Origin: Nitrosopumilaceae archaeon
Lineage (GTDB): Archaea > Thermoproteota > Nitrososphaeria > Nitrososphaerales > Nitrosopumilaceae
Reading direction: 5' to 3'
DNA: 64,000 nucleotides
Assembly: GCA_965200155.1 (NCBI GenBank)
Contig: CBDATR010000034.1
Span: forward strand, 1-64,000
Below, one piece after another: positions 31,275 through 42,198 of this stretch. Within the stretch, counting starts at the first letter, position 1. Every line of letters begins with the position of its first letter. The position numbers and the translations under genes are program-made. The notes under the pieces were generated by a model. That model saw nothing but the letters and a program-made list of their open reading frames with translations. It did not search any database and was not told where the DNA came from.

Positions 31275-32145
31275 GAGTTCCCCGGGCCGACAGGTGTTTT
31301 GCCATTATGGTTGATATAATCTTGGCCGCCATTGCCCCCCCTGCCCCCGTGTCATAAGTGGGGTTGAGCTCCACTATATCACATCCTGCTATGCGTGATC
31401 CTGGTATGGCGTTCACTATTTCCATTACCTGCGTTGACGTCAGTCCGCAGGCCTCCGGATTTCCCACCCCGGGACAGTAGGCGGGATCCAGCACGTCCAT
31501 GTCAATACTGACGTATACAGAGTCATGATTATTACAGAACTCTTGCAGTCTTGTCACCCCCATTCCCTGGCGTATCTGCGAATCGGTCACCACATTCACG
31601 TCATTCTCCATTACATAAGCCAGCTCCTCGGCCACAAAGGCGCGGCCTCCCAGGTGAATCACGTCATCACTTTTCCCTTTTCTCTCTATTATCCTCCGAA
31701 GGAATGACGCGTGACTGAGACTTGCCCCGGCGTAGCTGTCCCTCAAGTCATAGTGCGCGTCTAAAATGATCAGGGCGGTATTTTCCGGATACGCCATGTA
31801 CGAACCCAGCGTTATCAGGTGCTCGCCTCCCAGCAGTATGAGGGGCCAGTCCCTGGTCATTAACTCGGCTGTGACCTTCTCTGTCATGTATAACATGCGC
31901 TGGGCGTCTACCGTATGAGCCAGGTTGCCCATGTCCGATATACTATATTGCTCCAAATCTATGCCCAAGTCCGGATGAAAGACCTCTATGTTATTGAGCA
32001 TCTCCCTGATGTAGTCGGGCGCAAACCGGCAGCCTGGCCTGTATGAATGAGTGGAGTCAAAGGGCACTCCTATAATGGTGGCTATATTATCGCCCTCGCC
32101 TGACAAAATTCCCGGAGGGTTTGCGTATAGCCTGGTGTGACTCAT
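31261..32145 (-). CDS. speB: Agmatinase
   Basis: GGEH, DAHYD, SIDMDVLDP, DIVELNP. Confidence 0.92.
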   Translation of the reverse strand: MSHTRLYANPPGILSGEGDNIATIIGVPFDSTHSYRPGCRFAPDYIREMLNNIEVFHPDLGIDLEQYSISDMGNLAHTVDAQRMLYMTEKVTAELMTRDWPLILLGGEHLITLGSYMAYPENTALIILDAHYDLRDSYAGASLSHASFLRRIIERKGKSDDVIHLGGRAFVAEELAYVMENDVNVVTDSQIRQGMGVTRLQEFCNNHDSVYVSIDMDVLDPAYCPGVGNPEACGLTSTQVMEIVNAIPGSRIAGCDIVELNPTYDTGAGGAMAAKIISTIMAKHLSARGTHGTQ

Positions 32146-33995
32146 ACCATAATCTGTGGCCGTCGGGAGAGCAGTCTTGGCTGGTTCAGCATGGCATATG
32201 GTTTGCCCTTGGTCTGCCCCTTTATCATGTGGATCAAGTCCGGTATAGTCATGCCTGTGGTCTTTCCACTCTTTCTGCCCCGTATGGGTATGGTTCCCTC
32301 TGGCCCTTTTTGCACCTCATTAGCCCCTATCACGGCCACGTATGGTACCCACTCCCTCTCTGCCTCCCGTACACGCTTGCCCAGGCTCTCGTTGCGCTCA
32401 TCTATATCCACCCGTATGGACTTTCCCGATAGGGTGTCGGCTATCTCCGTCGCGTAGCCGTTGGCATCCTCGTGTACCGGTATTATTCGTATCTGGGTGG
32501 GGGCAAGCCACAGGGGGAGTATGGCCTTGAGGCCGTGTTTCATGTCCCGGGCGGCGCCCTCCAGTAACGCGTACATGATACGCTCTATGGCGCCGCTGGG
32601 TGAGTTGTGCAGTATGATGGGATTTCTAAGATTATTTGAGCTGTCCACGAACTGTATGCCGTAATGGTTGCCGTTCTCCACGTCTATCTGATCCGTGGAG
32701 AGCGCCGAGGCCTTGCCCGCGGTATCTATGTAATTGAATTCCCACTTTAGTACAAAGTAAAAGAATCTCTCCTTCCACATCTCCACTAATACCGGCTTGT
32801 TGTGGTGGTGAACCAGGTCTATCACGTCCTGGCGGTTATTTTTGTAAAAGTCCTGCGTAATACGTATGGCCATCTCATAGTCCTTTACGCCCAGTTCCCT
32901 TAGTACATCCCTTGAGAGATCAAAGCGCAGGTCTAACTCCCTTATGGCCTGTTCCATGTCGGCGCAGAACGCGTGGCAGTCCGGCATGGTAAAGGCGCGC
33001 AGTCGCCGCAGTCCCACCAACTCCCCGGACTGCTCCCGGCGGAAGCTGTATCTTGTAAGCTCGTATAACCGGTACGGCAGGTTGCGATAGGACATTTGAA
33101 AGTCATTTGCCATGAGGAATTGCCCGAAACACGCGGCAAATCTCAGGAATAACTGTTTGCCTTCCGAGTCTATACTGTACTGCCGGGCGGGGAACCGGTT
33201 GAAATATTTGGTCATGCTGGGATGATCCGAGTCATACATTATTGGCGTCTCCACTTCATATCCGCCATACTCCCGGACACGTTTTGTCACATATCTCTCT
33301 ATGAGGGATTTTATGAGGCGGCCGTTGGGGTAGTATCTCATGTTGCCCTGATCCGATGCTGGCTCGTAATCGGCTATGGCAAGCCTCTTCATGAGTCCAA
33401 CGTGGGGTGGCGGCTTGTCCTCGCTCCGCTTCTTTGCCGCCTCGTATCGTGCCAGTACCTCCAAGTCCCTGTGATTGGAGAAGTCAAAGTCGCTTACGGG
33501 TGTCATGGTGCCGTCCGGCACCATAATATACCACTGCGAGGCAATCTTGGACTCTGCCTGGACGGCCTTGGACTCGGAGCCATCCTGGCCCTTGCTGCGT
33601 ATTATTTTGAGACCCTCTGCCAGGGGGTGGCTCTTTACCTTTATGGAGTATGACTTTGTCCAGCCAAAGGCAGATTTGTACACCTCGGTGCCTTCAGCGT
33701 GATCATACATGTCATTTATAACATTCATGGCAAGGCGTGCCGGGGCCAAATCGGCGCTGAGATGCGCGTACGGGTATATGAGAAGCCTGGTACAGCCCAG
33801 CCTCTCCATAACGGCGGTTACCTGAGATATGGCTTTTGATGCGGTGGAAATGTCGTCGCCCTTCTCCACTGCCACAAAGGCTACCAGCACCTCTTCCAGA
33901 CGCACCGTCTCCGGCACTATATCTTCGGCTGCGGGTATCTCCCTCTTGGTGGGGGTGTACTCTATATGATCGCAGTGTAGGTGCAAGATGCGCAT
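32142..33995 (-). CDS. thrS: Threonyl-tRNA synthetase (archaeal type)
   Basis: MRILHLHCD editing domain, YPYAHLS, FRREQSGE..GLRRLRAFTMPDCH, LPLWLAP. Confidence 0.97.
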   Translation of the reverse strand: MRILHLHCDHIEYTPTKREIPAAEDIVPETVRLEEVLVAFVAVEKGDDISTASKAISQVTAVMERLGCTRLLIYPYAHLSADLAPARLAMNVINDMYDHAEGTEVYKSAFGWTKSYSIKVKSHPLAEGLKIIRSKGQDGSESKAVQAESKIASQWYIMVPDGTMTPVSDFDFSNHRDLEVLARYEAAKKRSEDKPPPHVGLMKRLAIADYEPASDQGNMRYYPNGRLIKSLIERYVTKRVREYGGYEVETPIMYDSDHPSMTKYFNRFPARQYSIDSEGKQLFLRFAACFGQFLMANDFQMSYRNLPYRLYELTRYSFRREQSGELVGLRRLRAFTMPDCHAFCADMEQAIRELDLRFDLSRDVLRELGVKDYEMAIRITQDFYKNNRQDVIDLVHHHNKPVLVEMWKERFFYFVLKWEFNYIDTAGKASALSTDQIDVENGNHYGIQFVDSSNNLRNPIILHNSPSGAIERIMYALLEGAARDMKHGLKAILPLWLAPTQIRIIPVHEDANGYATEIADTLSGKSIRVDIDERNESLGKRVREAEREWVPYVAVIGANEVQKGPEGTIPIRGRKSGKTTGMTIPDLIHMIKGQTKGKPYAMLNQPRLLSRRPQIMV

Positions 33996-34140
33996 AAGGT
34001 AGCGGAATGGTGTAATCGAATTAAATCTTTTGAAAGTACCCGTGTAATACCTGACATCTCTTCGGGATGTGGGTGTATTATCGATGTCGTGGAGCGCCAT
34101 ATTACTGCGTGTGTAACAGGATTGCAGTATATTTATGGCA

Positions 34141-34617
34141 CTATACATCATGTATATGCTCTTGTAGGGCGAGCTGCGCCCTAGTTACAAGCGCGGAGAC
34201 ACCCAGCATATTGGTAAGAAGCGATGCTACATCCTGCAAGGTCTCATTGTGAATGTATCCGTGCTGGTATGTCATCTCTATGCCGTGCTTTTCTGTACGA
34301 ATGTACGCTGTAATGAGAGGCTTATTCCCTGCAGTACTCGCGTATTCCCGGATCTCCACTAATGTAATACAGCTACCCTGTATCATATAGGAGCCTTTCA
34401 TTATGGTGATGGAGCGATCCGGGGACTGCCGGGGTCTTGGTGCCTCGCATATCTCCATGTTCGTATACGAATGGGAAGTATTAGTAAACTCTGTGATTAT
34501 TGTAACATGTGGCTTGCACCCCGTGGGTAATATTTCCAGATGAAAAATGCGTGTATCCTGCTGACGTCGCTTAGTGGTTGCCATAGTCCCTTGGGTAACA
34601 AATTTCATACCTGTCAT
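34141..34617 (-). CDS. Hypothetical protein; 5' end overlaps a repeat
   Basis: 158-aa ORF with no recognised motif. Confidence 0.35.
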   Translation of the reverse strand: MTGMKFVTQGTMATTKRRQQDTRIFHLEILPTGCKPHVTIITEFTNTSHSYTNMEICEAPRPRQSPDRSITIMKGSYMIQGSCITLVEIREYASTAGNKPLITAYIRTEKHGIEMTYQHGYIHNETLQDVASLLTNMLGVSALVTRAQLALQEHIHDV

Positions 34618-34655
34618 ACGATACCCGTCTTGTTACAGACTTGTGGAATGTATTA
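34571..34655. mobile_element. CCATAAGTC-family MITE (degenerate)
   Basis: CCATAGTCCCTTGGGTAACAAAT...CAGACTTGTGG. Confidence 0.65.
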
Positions 34656-34733
34656 TGATTCTTTTTTTTTTGCATACCCGTATTATGTTTCCATGTCTGT
34701 GAGTTTCTTTGAAATCCGCGTAGCAGAAAATAA

Positions 34734-34832
34734 GTATGAGTTCACCTGTGTCTAAATTTACGCATAACTGATCGCGACAGTTAAAGAACCGGTTCTTTTG
34801 TGCATAAGATTCCGGAAGACGTGAACTCATAC
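34734..34832 (+). mobile_element. IS66-related MITE variant C (99 bp)
   Basis: TSD GAAAATAA. Confidence 0.95.
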
Positions 34833-34886
34833 GAAAATAATCCTTTGTGAGTATCTTCAAATTAATGTGACCTGATTTTTGTATTG

Positions 34887-34980
34887 TATAGCGGCCACCA
34901 TAAGTCTCTGGGTAACAAATCCCACATTTCTCACATACAATCCCCGTCGTGTATGCCAAAGAATTATGGCGTTCGTTATA
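34887..34980. mobile_element. CCATAAGTC-family MITE (~94 bp)
   Basis: TATAGCGGCCACCATAAGTC...GAATTATGGCGTTCGTTATA. Confidence 0.8.
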
Positions 34981-35127
34981 CAAATTCCAAACCTCACAAA
35001 GTTATATCTGAATATTCTAAATTTACGCGTGAAAAGTATTCCAACACTAGAAAGCGTATGTCTTTTTGACTATGAGTGGTGTTCTTACGTATTAATTATC
35101 CCATGTGCTTAAATAAAAAAAACGGAA

Positions 35128-36891
35128 ATGCTTGCAATGGAAAAAAAGACGACATTCGTACTCATGCTGTCGCTCGTAGCGGCAGCTGGAATTACAGTAT
35201 CTGACGTATACGCACAGACAAACACCGAGAGACTGGAGAGTATAGATGACCGAACCCAGGAAATATCCGATACCATTGGTAACTCATCTGATGAAACCGG
35301 ACTATTTGGCGCGCTTGCAAACGTGGCTTCTGATATGGCCGATGCACTTACCGCCATAGCTGGTGTACAAACATCTGTTGACTCAGTCGATGCCAAGATA
35401 GACTCCATGATGTCCAACTTTGATAGTATAGCAACCATAAGCTCAAACATAAACACCATGAGAGGTACCCTGAACTCAGTAAGTAGCACCGTATCCTCAA
35501 TAGACTCGAGCATATCATTGATAGACAGCACAATCACTGCTAACAGTGATGCAGTAAATTCAATGAGATCTGATGTATCCTCATTAACAACTAGCACCAT
35601 GATGTTGACCGATGCTGTTTCAGACAATGCTGCCTCACTGCAAGACATACAAAATGATCTTGCACTACTCAACAAGAGAATAATGGGAGTGGAAGACACC
35701 ATCTCACAGCAACAGCTGGGCGCAACCGGTGATGTGGCAGTCAGCGTCGCCGCGAGCAATGCACGACTGGACGCCCTGGACACTGTACTGAAGCAGATAC
35801 AGGATAATCTTATAACATTGCGTGCCGATGTCTCGGTATTATCTTCACAAATAACCAACCCTGATGATCCGACCACAATTATCGATGCTACCACCAGTGC
35901 CCTTGTAACTGCATATGATTACAAGACGTACGACAAGAATGGAACCACAATCAACGGTAACACGTTCCACGAGCTGGAACTGAGATTCTCCTGTAACCAG
36001 GATGCATTCATAGATCAGGTTAGATTCATTGCGGCCTCCCATGAGGACGCTCTTGATTATGTAAGAGGGAATAATCTTGAGAAATTCGATATAGAAGAGT
36101 CTACTCCGAACAACTTTGTAAGAGTGGATGGCATAGACCTGTTCAACAACAAGGTTCTCGTAAACCAATCTACAGATCAGTATGTGAAGATTGAGCGAGC
36201 CCATAATTACAACAACAAACCATTGCTAGCTGGCAGTACCTTGCCATTCACATCCCAAATACACGAGGGCCTCTTTGTTTTAAGAGAAAACGGAGAACTG
36301 GGGCCATTAATACAGTCAGGTAGTAAGCAACCTTACGTCTCTGTTGCTTCTAACACTACCATGATAGCAGACTCTGAACGAAACACCCGTGACAATGACA
36401 AGCTGGAAAGAGACCTATACTACATTGAGGTCGACTGGATCACATACTATACCGGCACCAGCTGTACGGTAGGTGTTGGAACTAGCGGCTCCTTGCCTAA
36501 CGCGGACGCCGCGGGCACACTCCAGTATAGCGTAAATGTCACTAATGATGGCAAAGTAATAAACGAGTATTCCAATGTTATGGACTGTGGTGGTAACCCG
36601 GTAGAGATAACCGGTGTCAGTACCGCCATTGCCGGATCATGGGAAGATGGACTGGACAAGTTTGCCACCATGAACATGGAGGTTCTGGATAACCGCAACG
36701 ACGACATACCTGATGTAATATTCCAGCTAATGCAGAATGATGAGGCGACAATAAAAGACGGTGAATACCCGATATATGCTAATGCAGATCTTCAGATAAG
36801 CGGCAGCTTCCCGATAGTTGATAACCTGCTTGTAGAGATAGAGTACCTAAGTGTTCCTAACGCAGGATGTACGATTGTAGACTCCCAATAA
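35128..36891 (+). CDS. Secreted/surface protein: signal peptide, long S/T/D-rich coiled coil, beta-rich C-terminal domains (copy 1)
   Basis: KKTTFVLMLSLVAAAGI..VYAQ; heptad pattern over roughly aa 30-245. Confidence 0.85.
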   Translation: MLAMEKKTTFVLMLSLVAAAGITVSDVYAQTNTERLESIDDRTQEISDTIGNSSDETGLFGALANVASDMADALTAIAGVQTSVDSVDAKIDSMMSNFDSIATISSNINTMRGTLNSVSSTVSSIDSSISLIDSTITANSDAVNSMRSDVSSLTTSTMMLTDAVSDNAASLQDIQNDLALLNKRIMGVEDTISQQQLGATGDVAVSVAASNARLDALDTVLKQIQDNLITLRADVSVLSSQITNPDDPTTIIDATTSALVTAYDYKTYDKNGTTINGNTFHELELRFSCNQDAFIDQVRFIAASHEDALDYVRGNNLEKFDIEESTPNNFVRVDGIDLFNNKVLVNQSTDQYVKIERAHNYNNKPLLAGSTLPFTSQIHEGLFVLRENGELGPLIQSGSKQPYVSVASNTTMIADSERNTRDNDKLERDLYYIEVDWITYYTGTSCTVGVGTSGSLPNADAAGTLQYSVNVTNDGKVINEYSNVMDCGGNPVEITGVSTAIAGSWEDGLDKFATMNMEVLDNRNDDIPDVIFQLMQNDEATIKDGEYPIYANADLQISGSFPIVDNLLVEIEYLSVPNAGCTIVDSQ

Positions 36892-36958
36892 CTAGATAAT
36901 TTTTACATATATTTTAGAAAATTATGACTATGTCCAATGTGTTTTGATCATTTCTTGA

Positions 36959-37004
36959 GTATGAGTTCACGTTCCCTCTGATCAAATAACTAATCGGTGG
37001 CATT
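36959..37004 (+). mobile_element. IS66-type end fragment; a MITE right end lies at 38045-38072
   Basis: GTATGAGTTCACG; ...CCGGAAGACGTGAACTCATAC. Confidence 0.7.
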
Positions 37005-38044
37005 TGTAATGTATGAAAAGTCGGTCCGCTAGTCATTGGCATCCCGCTCCATCCATTTTGCATCATTTGCCCTAATTGTCTGGGTCGCCTTTTTATTCCT
37101 GGAGTGGTGTTTCGCCGTTATCTATATCCAGTGAGAAGTGCAATCTTCTCTCATTGTAGTAGTCCACATAATCCCGGAGACTGTCATAATACCATATCTC
37201 ATTGGACTCTTAAATAAGAGTCCCCTCGTCCTCAATCATTCCATGGAAGCGCTCCAGTTTGCCATTTGTCTGCGGGTGGTATGGTCTGGAATTGATTAGT
37301 ATGATGTCTTGATCCAGCAGTTCTTCCTAGAATAGTGGGTTTCCAGTTCTTTTTGCCCTTTTATTGTCCTACGAAACACGCGCCGTTATCCGAGATGCAG
37401 GGGCGCCGAATCGTTTCATTGCCAGTCTCAGTAATAGAACCCGGTATTTCCATGATTGCGTATGGCCAGCAGATTATCTGGCGCCGAATCGTTTCATTGC
37501 CAGTCTCAGTAATAGAACGGCGTTCTCAGGTTGCATGCTCAAATAGTGCCGCTCCGACTATACACCTGGATGCATCATCTATGAGATTCAGTCCCTTGAA
37601 GCGCTCATCTTTCATGACATGCCAGTGCCACATTGCATTGGAATATTTACGCTCATAGCGTACCCACTCTGACTTTGCAGGTGATGATCCTGCAGTACCG
37701 TTCTTTTTCATTATGTGATATACTGCGCGATATGTATTATGTCTAAGCCTCTTTGCAATACGTACTACTCCGGCGGGATCCTTGCTGTATGCTTCAGTTA
37801 CCATTCGTATCTGGGTAGCGGTGATTGGTATCATGGGCCTGCCCATCTTTACTCGAGTCGTTCCCGTTCTCTGGTTTACAATATTCGTACGTGTCTTGTT
37901 TCAGGTCTTGAGCTATTTTGGTGGCAGCAACGCCTCTTTTGCCTTGATTCCTCTGTTATTCTCTTTACCATCCGGCTTGTGCAATGAAATAGTCAGCTAC
38001 TGTACGCCGGATCCTAAGCGGACTTACTTTTCGTACTATTGACA
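37005..38044 (-). mobile_element. IS481-family type A, degenerate copy 3
   Basis: TGTAATGTATGAAAAG...CGTACTATTGACA. Confidence 0.85.
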
Positions 38045-38266
38045 TAATATTCCGGAAGACGTGAACTCATACTCAAAATATGCCTAACTCGCACAAGTAA
38101 GTTTTTGGCATGTATTCCACTGTGCACACATTTACACATGGCCGAATACCAACGATTGACATAATTTATGCACGGGATCGATAAATACGTTAGCTTACCG
38201 TTTTTGACAGGTATGGGGATGGTATGAAATATACAGGTTTATAGAAACCATGAAGGGTGAATCTAC

Positions 38267-39325
38267 ATGAATTCCCACAATTTTACCGGACACGATATTC
38301 CGCACATACAACTGGATCCTGACATGACCATATCGGATTTAGTTGACATATACGCGGCATCAGGGTTCAACGGGCGAAGCTTGGGCGAAGCTGCCCGAAT
38401 ATATTCAGACATGATAAAAACAGGCGCCACCATTTGTCTTACCGTTTCTGGGGCGCTCACACCGGTGGGTTTTGGCGGAATAATAAAGTCGCTCATAGAG
38501 CGCGGCTTTGTAGATTGGATAATAACTACAGGCGCCAACGTGTATCATGAGGATCACTTTGCTTGGGGCCTCCCTGTAAAACAGGGCCATCATAATGTGG
38601 ATGACTCCATATTATACAAGAACGAGATCGTCCGTATCCGGGATGTGTATATCAAGTTCTATGAAACACTGGAGGCACAAGATCAGGTCATACAAAGATA
38701 CTTTGATGATTTCCAGGATACACCCTTTACCACTGCGGAATTCTGTAACCGGATGGGTAAAATGAGTCTGGAGAACGCAGAGTATCCTGATAGAAGCTTT
38801 CTATGCAGCGCATATAAGTATGGTGTTCCGGTATACATATCCACCCTGAAGGATTCATCACTGGCGCTGAACTTGGCCATGCACCGCTTGGCAGGGCAGT
38901 CTTATAATTTGGATATTGCTCGGGAGATACTGGAACAAGCTGCAATAGTGTACAACTCCGAATCATCGGGTATAGTGGAGCTGGGGGGCGGTGTGCCAAA
39001 GAATACTGCTCAGCAAACAGGGCCATTGCTGGATCAGATACTGCGGCGACAAGACGGTGGACAAGATTACATTATACAAATAACTGATGCGCGACCGGAT
39101 ACCGGGGGACTCTCTGGAGCCACACTGCAAGAAGGAAAGAGCTGGGGCAAGATTCAGGATCCCCGACATGGTATTGCTACAGTCTATGCTGATGCCACCA
39201 TAGCATTTCCAATTCTTGCACTATACGTATTGAGTAATAACACTCCGCGTAAGTCTAGGAGGTTACACGACCAACTAGGCCAGTTCTATCGGCGTCTAGC
39301 CGATGATTGCAAAACTGTTACCTAG
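38267..39325 (+). CDS. Deoxyhypusine synthase / homospermidine synthase-like protein
   Basis: SGALTP.G, TTGAN, GGGVPKN, GGLSGAT..E..SWGK. Confidence 0.9.
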   Translation: MNSHNFTGHDIPHIQLDPDMTISDLVDIYAASGFNGRSLGEAARIYSDMIKTGATICLTVSGALTPVGFGGIIKSLIERGFVDWIITTGANVYHEDHFAWGLPVKQGHHNVDDSILYKNEIVRIRDVYIKFYETLEAQDQVIQRYFDDFQDTPFTTAEFCNRMGKMSLENAEYPDRSFLCSAYKYGVPVYISTLKDSSLALNLAMHRLAGQSYNLDIAREILEQAAIVYNSESSGIVELGGGVPKNTAQQTGPLLDQILRRQDGGQDYIIQITDARPDTGGLSGATLQEGKSWGKIQDPRHGIATVYADATIAFPILALYVLSNNTPRKSRRLHDQLGQFYRRLADDCKTVT

Positions 39326-39527
39326 ACCACCGTGCGCGCTCCAACTCTCTGTCCTCTTTGGTCTCCTTTTTGTACTCCTTGTAGTGTTCCCTGCACAGTA
39401 TAGATTTTTTGTTTCGTACGGACAATCGAAGTCCTGCCTCTTCTATCTTGGTCGTGTTTATCGAGCGCACTCCTTTTTCTTGACAGTCTTCCACATTACA
39501 GGTTGCTCCCTTTGAAACTACTCCCAT
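39318..39527 (-). CDS. Small putative zinc-binding hypothetical protein
   Basis: MGVVSKGATCNVEDC...LCREHYKEYKK. Confidence 0.75.
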   Translation of the reverse strand: MGVVSKGATCNVEDCQEKGVRSINTTKIEEAGLRLSVRNKKSILCREHYKEYKKETKEDRELERARWSR

Positions 39528-39562
39528 ACCCGTTTTGCCGTTAGCCGTACCATATAAACACC

Positions 39563-40756
39563 ATGCCTGTATGGGCGGACTTGAGCCATTTATTTTTAAA
39601 TTATATATCAATACAGAATACGTTGGCCGTAAATGAATCCGAAAAGGACAGGGATGAGTCAGATGAGATTCCGCCCCGTCTTGCTCTGGGACTGTTCAAC
39701 ATAGCCGACACGATAAAGTCCCTGGCCAACTTGGGTGTGGCAAAGACCAAGGTAAATCCCGCGCAGGGTATTCTTATGGGTTGGCAGGCCACCGGCTATC
39801 TTGCATTTGCGGCGTTCTTGGCATGGATGATAATGTTCATGGTAACTGATGATATCTCCGAGGGACTGGGACGATTCCTGGCATTTGCGGTATTCGGGGT
39901 CTCGGCCTTGGTATTGGTAATATTGTACGGATCCAATCTTGTAACCGGTGACTACATGACCGGCGGTATAGCCATGATGACTCGCCGCTCCCGGTGGCGT
40001 GAAGTTCTCTGGGAGTGGTCCATAACCCACTCGGGACACTGGATTGCCGGCTTTACCGTTGGGTGGATGATCGTGATTGGTGCGAGCCAGGCCGGATCCA
40101 CGGGCTCCACTATGCTGGGCATACTGGCAGACATAGGCAACTACAAGGTAGGCCAAGAATGGGATCAGCTCTTTTATCGGGGAATACTCGCGAACTGGTT
40201 GGTCGCCATGGGTGTATGGGGGGCATATCGCACCAAGGATATGGTGGGCAAGATACTATTGATTGGCATCCCTGTCTCAATATTCTTTGCCATAGGCTTT
40301 GAGCACAGCGTAGTGAATCACTTTGCGTTATCTGCCGGAATATGGGCCGGTGGCGACTACACTTGGGGTGAGGCATGGATGAATAACCTGGTCCCGGTGA
40401 CCTTGGGCAATATTATAGGCGCCATGATATTTCAGGGAATGATATACTGGTATATTGCGGGCATGCCGGTATGGCTGGGCCCTAACACATGGAAAAAGCC
40501 CCATGGAACCTACAGGGATTTGGCGCATGCCCTGCGGGATACCATAACACTAATGCTATTCTTTGTGGGAATGGCCCCATTAATGGTGGGTATGGTCTTT
40601 GTATATGTAGTGGAGCCTGCCTTGGGGGTGGTTCCGGAGACTAACAATCCCAACTGGGTGGAACCAATTGGTATAACCATATATCTGGTAGCTACCGCCT
40701 TGGTGGTAAAGTGGGCTCTATTGCCCCGGGTATGGCATCGTATACCGGAATCCTGA
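39563..40756 (+). CDS. Formate/nitrite transporter (FNT) family channel with a C-terminal membrane extension; true start probably later
   Basis: LVTGD, GILANWLV, GFEHSVVN, VTLGNIIG. Confidence 0.9.
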   Translation: MPVWADLSHLFLNYISIQNTLAVNESEKDRDESDEIPPRLALGLFNIADTIKSLANLGVAKTKVNPAQGILMGWQATGYLAFAAFLAWMIMFMVTDDISEGLGRFLAFAVFGVSALVLVILYGSNLVTGDYMTGGIAMMTRRSRWREVLWEWSITHSGHWIAGFTVGWMIVIGASQAGSTGSTMLGILADIGNYKVGQEWDQLFYRGILANWLVAMGVWGAYRTKDMVGKILLIGIPVSIFFAIGFEHSVVNHFALSAGIWAGGDYTWGEAWMNNLVPVTLGNIIGAMIFQGMIYWYIAGMPVWLGPNTWKKPHGTYRDLAHALRDTITLMLFFVGMAPLMVGMVFVYVVEPALGVVPETNNPNWVEPIGITIYLVATALVVKWALLPRVWHRIPES

Positions 40757-40757
40757 C

Positions 40758-41762
40758 TTAGGTCATATTTGCCTGCTCGTATACCGGTTCCTTCAAGTGT
40801 TTGGCGGTATTCATCGCTTCGTGGAACTGGTTGCTGGTGAATATGCCCCTTCTCTCATAAATGCTACGGAATTTGCGCCCATCATCAGCAAATATGCCCA
40901 CTACCATACCTTTCTTGATGGGGTATTTCTTCATACAGGCATAGACTGCGGCGGCAGAGGGACTTGTGAGGAGTGAGTCTTTCTTGTACACAGTCTGTAC
41001 AACGTCAAATGCCTCCTTGTCCGTAACGTCAACCCAATCATCTACTACATTCTCCCGTCGCAGAAATAGGTCCGGCTTGGCGGACTCCTCAAAATTCCGC
41101 CACCCTTGTATGTTGTGATTCCTCTGGGGTCTACATCCTATTATCCTGATTTGTGGATTCTGCTCCTTGAGATAGGCGCCTACGCCGGTAATGGTGCCAC
41201 CAGTACCCACTCCTGCAAAGAAGTGGGTTATCCTGCCACCTGTCTGTTCCCATATCTCCGGACCTGTGGTAGTATAGTGACCATGAAAGTTAGCCTCATT
41301 CCCATACTGGTTTAGGGTGTGGTAGATATCCGGCCGTGAGGCTGCGATGGATGTAGCCAGGGCTATACTTTGCTCGGTACCGGCTCCCACCTTTGGACAG
41401 AGATCGTCAGTGGTCTCGTACATTTTGGCTCCCATCTTTTGCAGTATCTGCTTTGTCTCGTCACTGGCCTTCTCGGGTATGACTATCTCAGTACCAAATC
41501 CCAGTATGCGGGCTATGCCTACCAGGGCAATACCGGTATTGCCCGAGGTGGGCTCTACTATGATACTCTTGCCCTTCAGGATTCCTCTCTCCTGAGCGTC
41601 ATGAATCATCCAGTATGCGGCGCGATCCTTTACCGAGCCAAAGGGATTGTTACCTTCCAGTTTTGCCCAGTATGTTGTACTGTGAGACGAAAGCGACTCT
41701 AGTGATACCAGCGGTGTCTTGCCTATGCGGGACAGTGTGTCTGCTTGGGTCACTGTAGCCAA
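40758..41762 (-). CDS. PLP-dependent cysteine synthase family protein
   Basis: IGKTPLV, NPFGSVKDR, PTSGNTG, GVGTGGT. Confidence 0.93.
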   Translation of the reverse strand: MATVTQADTLSRIGKTPLVSLESLSSHSTTYWAKLEGNNPFGSVKDRAAYWMIHDAQERGILKGKSIIVEPTSGNTGIALVGIARILGFGTEIVIPEKASDETKQILQKMGAKMYETTDDLCPKVGAGTEQSIALATSIAASRPDIYHTLNQYGNEANFHGHYTTTGPEIWEQTGGRITHFFAGVGTGGTITGVGAYLKEQNPQIRIIGCRPQRNHNIQGWRNFEESAKPDLFLRRENVVDDWVDVTDKEAFDVVQTVYKKDSLLTSPSAAAVYACMKKYPIKKGMVVGIFADDGRKFRSIYERRGIFTSNQFHEAMNTAKHLKEPVYEQANMT

Positions 41763-41765
41763 GGC

Positions 41766-41993
41766 TTACTTTACCTTCTTTATGAGAAATGTTAGCGTGT
41801 TGCCGTCTCTACTAATCTCCACCAACTGGTGCCCGCTACGGTTGACCCAGCGAGATATGTCATCCTCGGCCGCGGGATCATCCGCGCTCACCGTGATTGT
41901 CTGTCCCGCCTGCATTCTTTCTATCGCTATTTTAGTGCGGAAGACAGGCTCAGGACAAAAGAGTCCCGTGGCATCTAGGGTTACATCAGACAT
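41766..41993 (-). CDS. tusA: TusA-family sulfur carrier
   Basis: LDATGLFCPEP, DDP. Confidence 0.9.
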   Translation of the reverse strand: MSDVTLDATGLFCPEPVFRTKIAIERMQAGQTITVSADDPAAEDDISRWVNRSGHQLVEISRDGNTLTFLIKKVK

Positions 41994-42043
41994 GACATTT
42001 GTGGAATGTGTTTACATATTAAAATCTACGCGGTCATCTAATG

Positions 42044-42192
42044 GTAACCGTTTAAGCCACTTCGTGGTTCTGTTCTGGATGGCTGGGGTCAACATATTTT
42101 GATATTGTCAGTCTCCTATTCTTGTATATATTCGTGGCTAGTTTATTATATAATTTCTGGATTTGCCATTGTTCTCTTGCTTAAACGGCTAC
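42044..42192. mobile_element. Degenerate GTAACC-family MITE
   Basis: GTAACCGTTTAAG...CTTAAACGGCTAC. Confidence 0.65.
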
Positions 42193-42198
42193 CGCTCT

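Noticed and set aside
33996-34151. N-terminal extension of ThrRS
   Set aside because: The archaeal ThrRS begins at MRILHLH; the extension is an ORF-caller artefact. The same applies to the trpS, trmI and 58691 extensions.
35109-35894. 261-aa antisense ORF (also 47804-48589) and the many short antisense ORFs over smc, thrS and pheT
   Set aside because: Shadow frames of real genes with no independent motifs.
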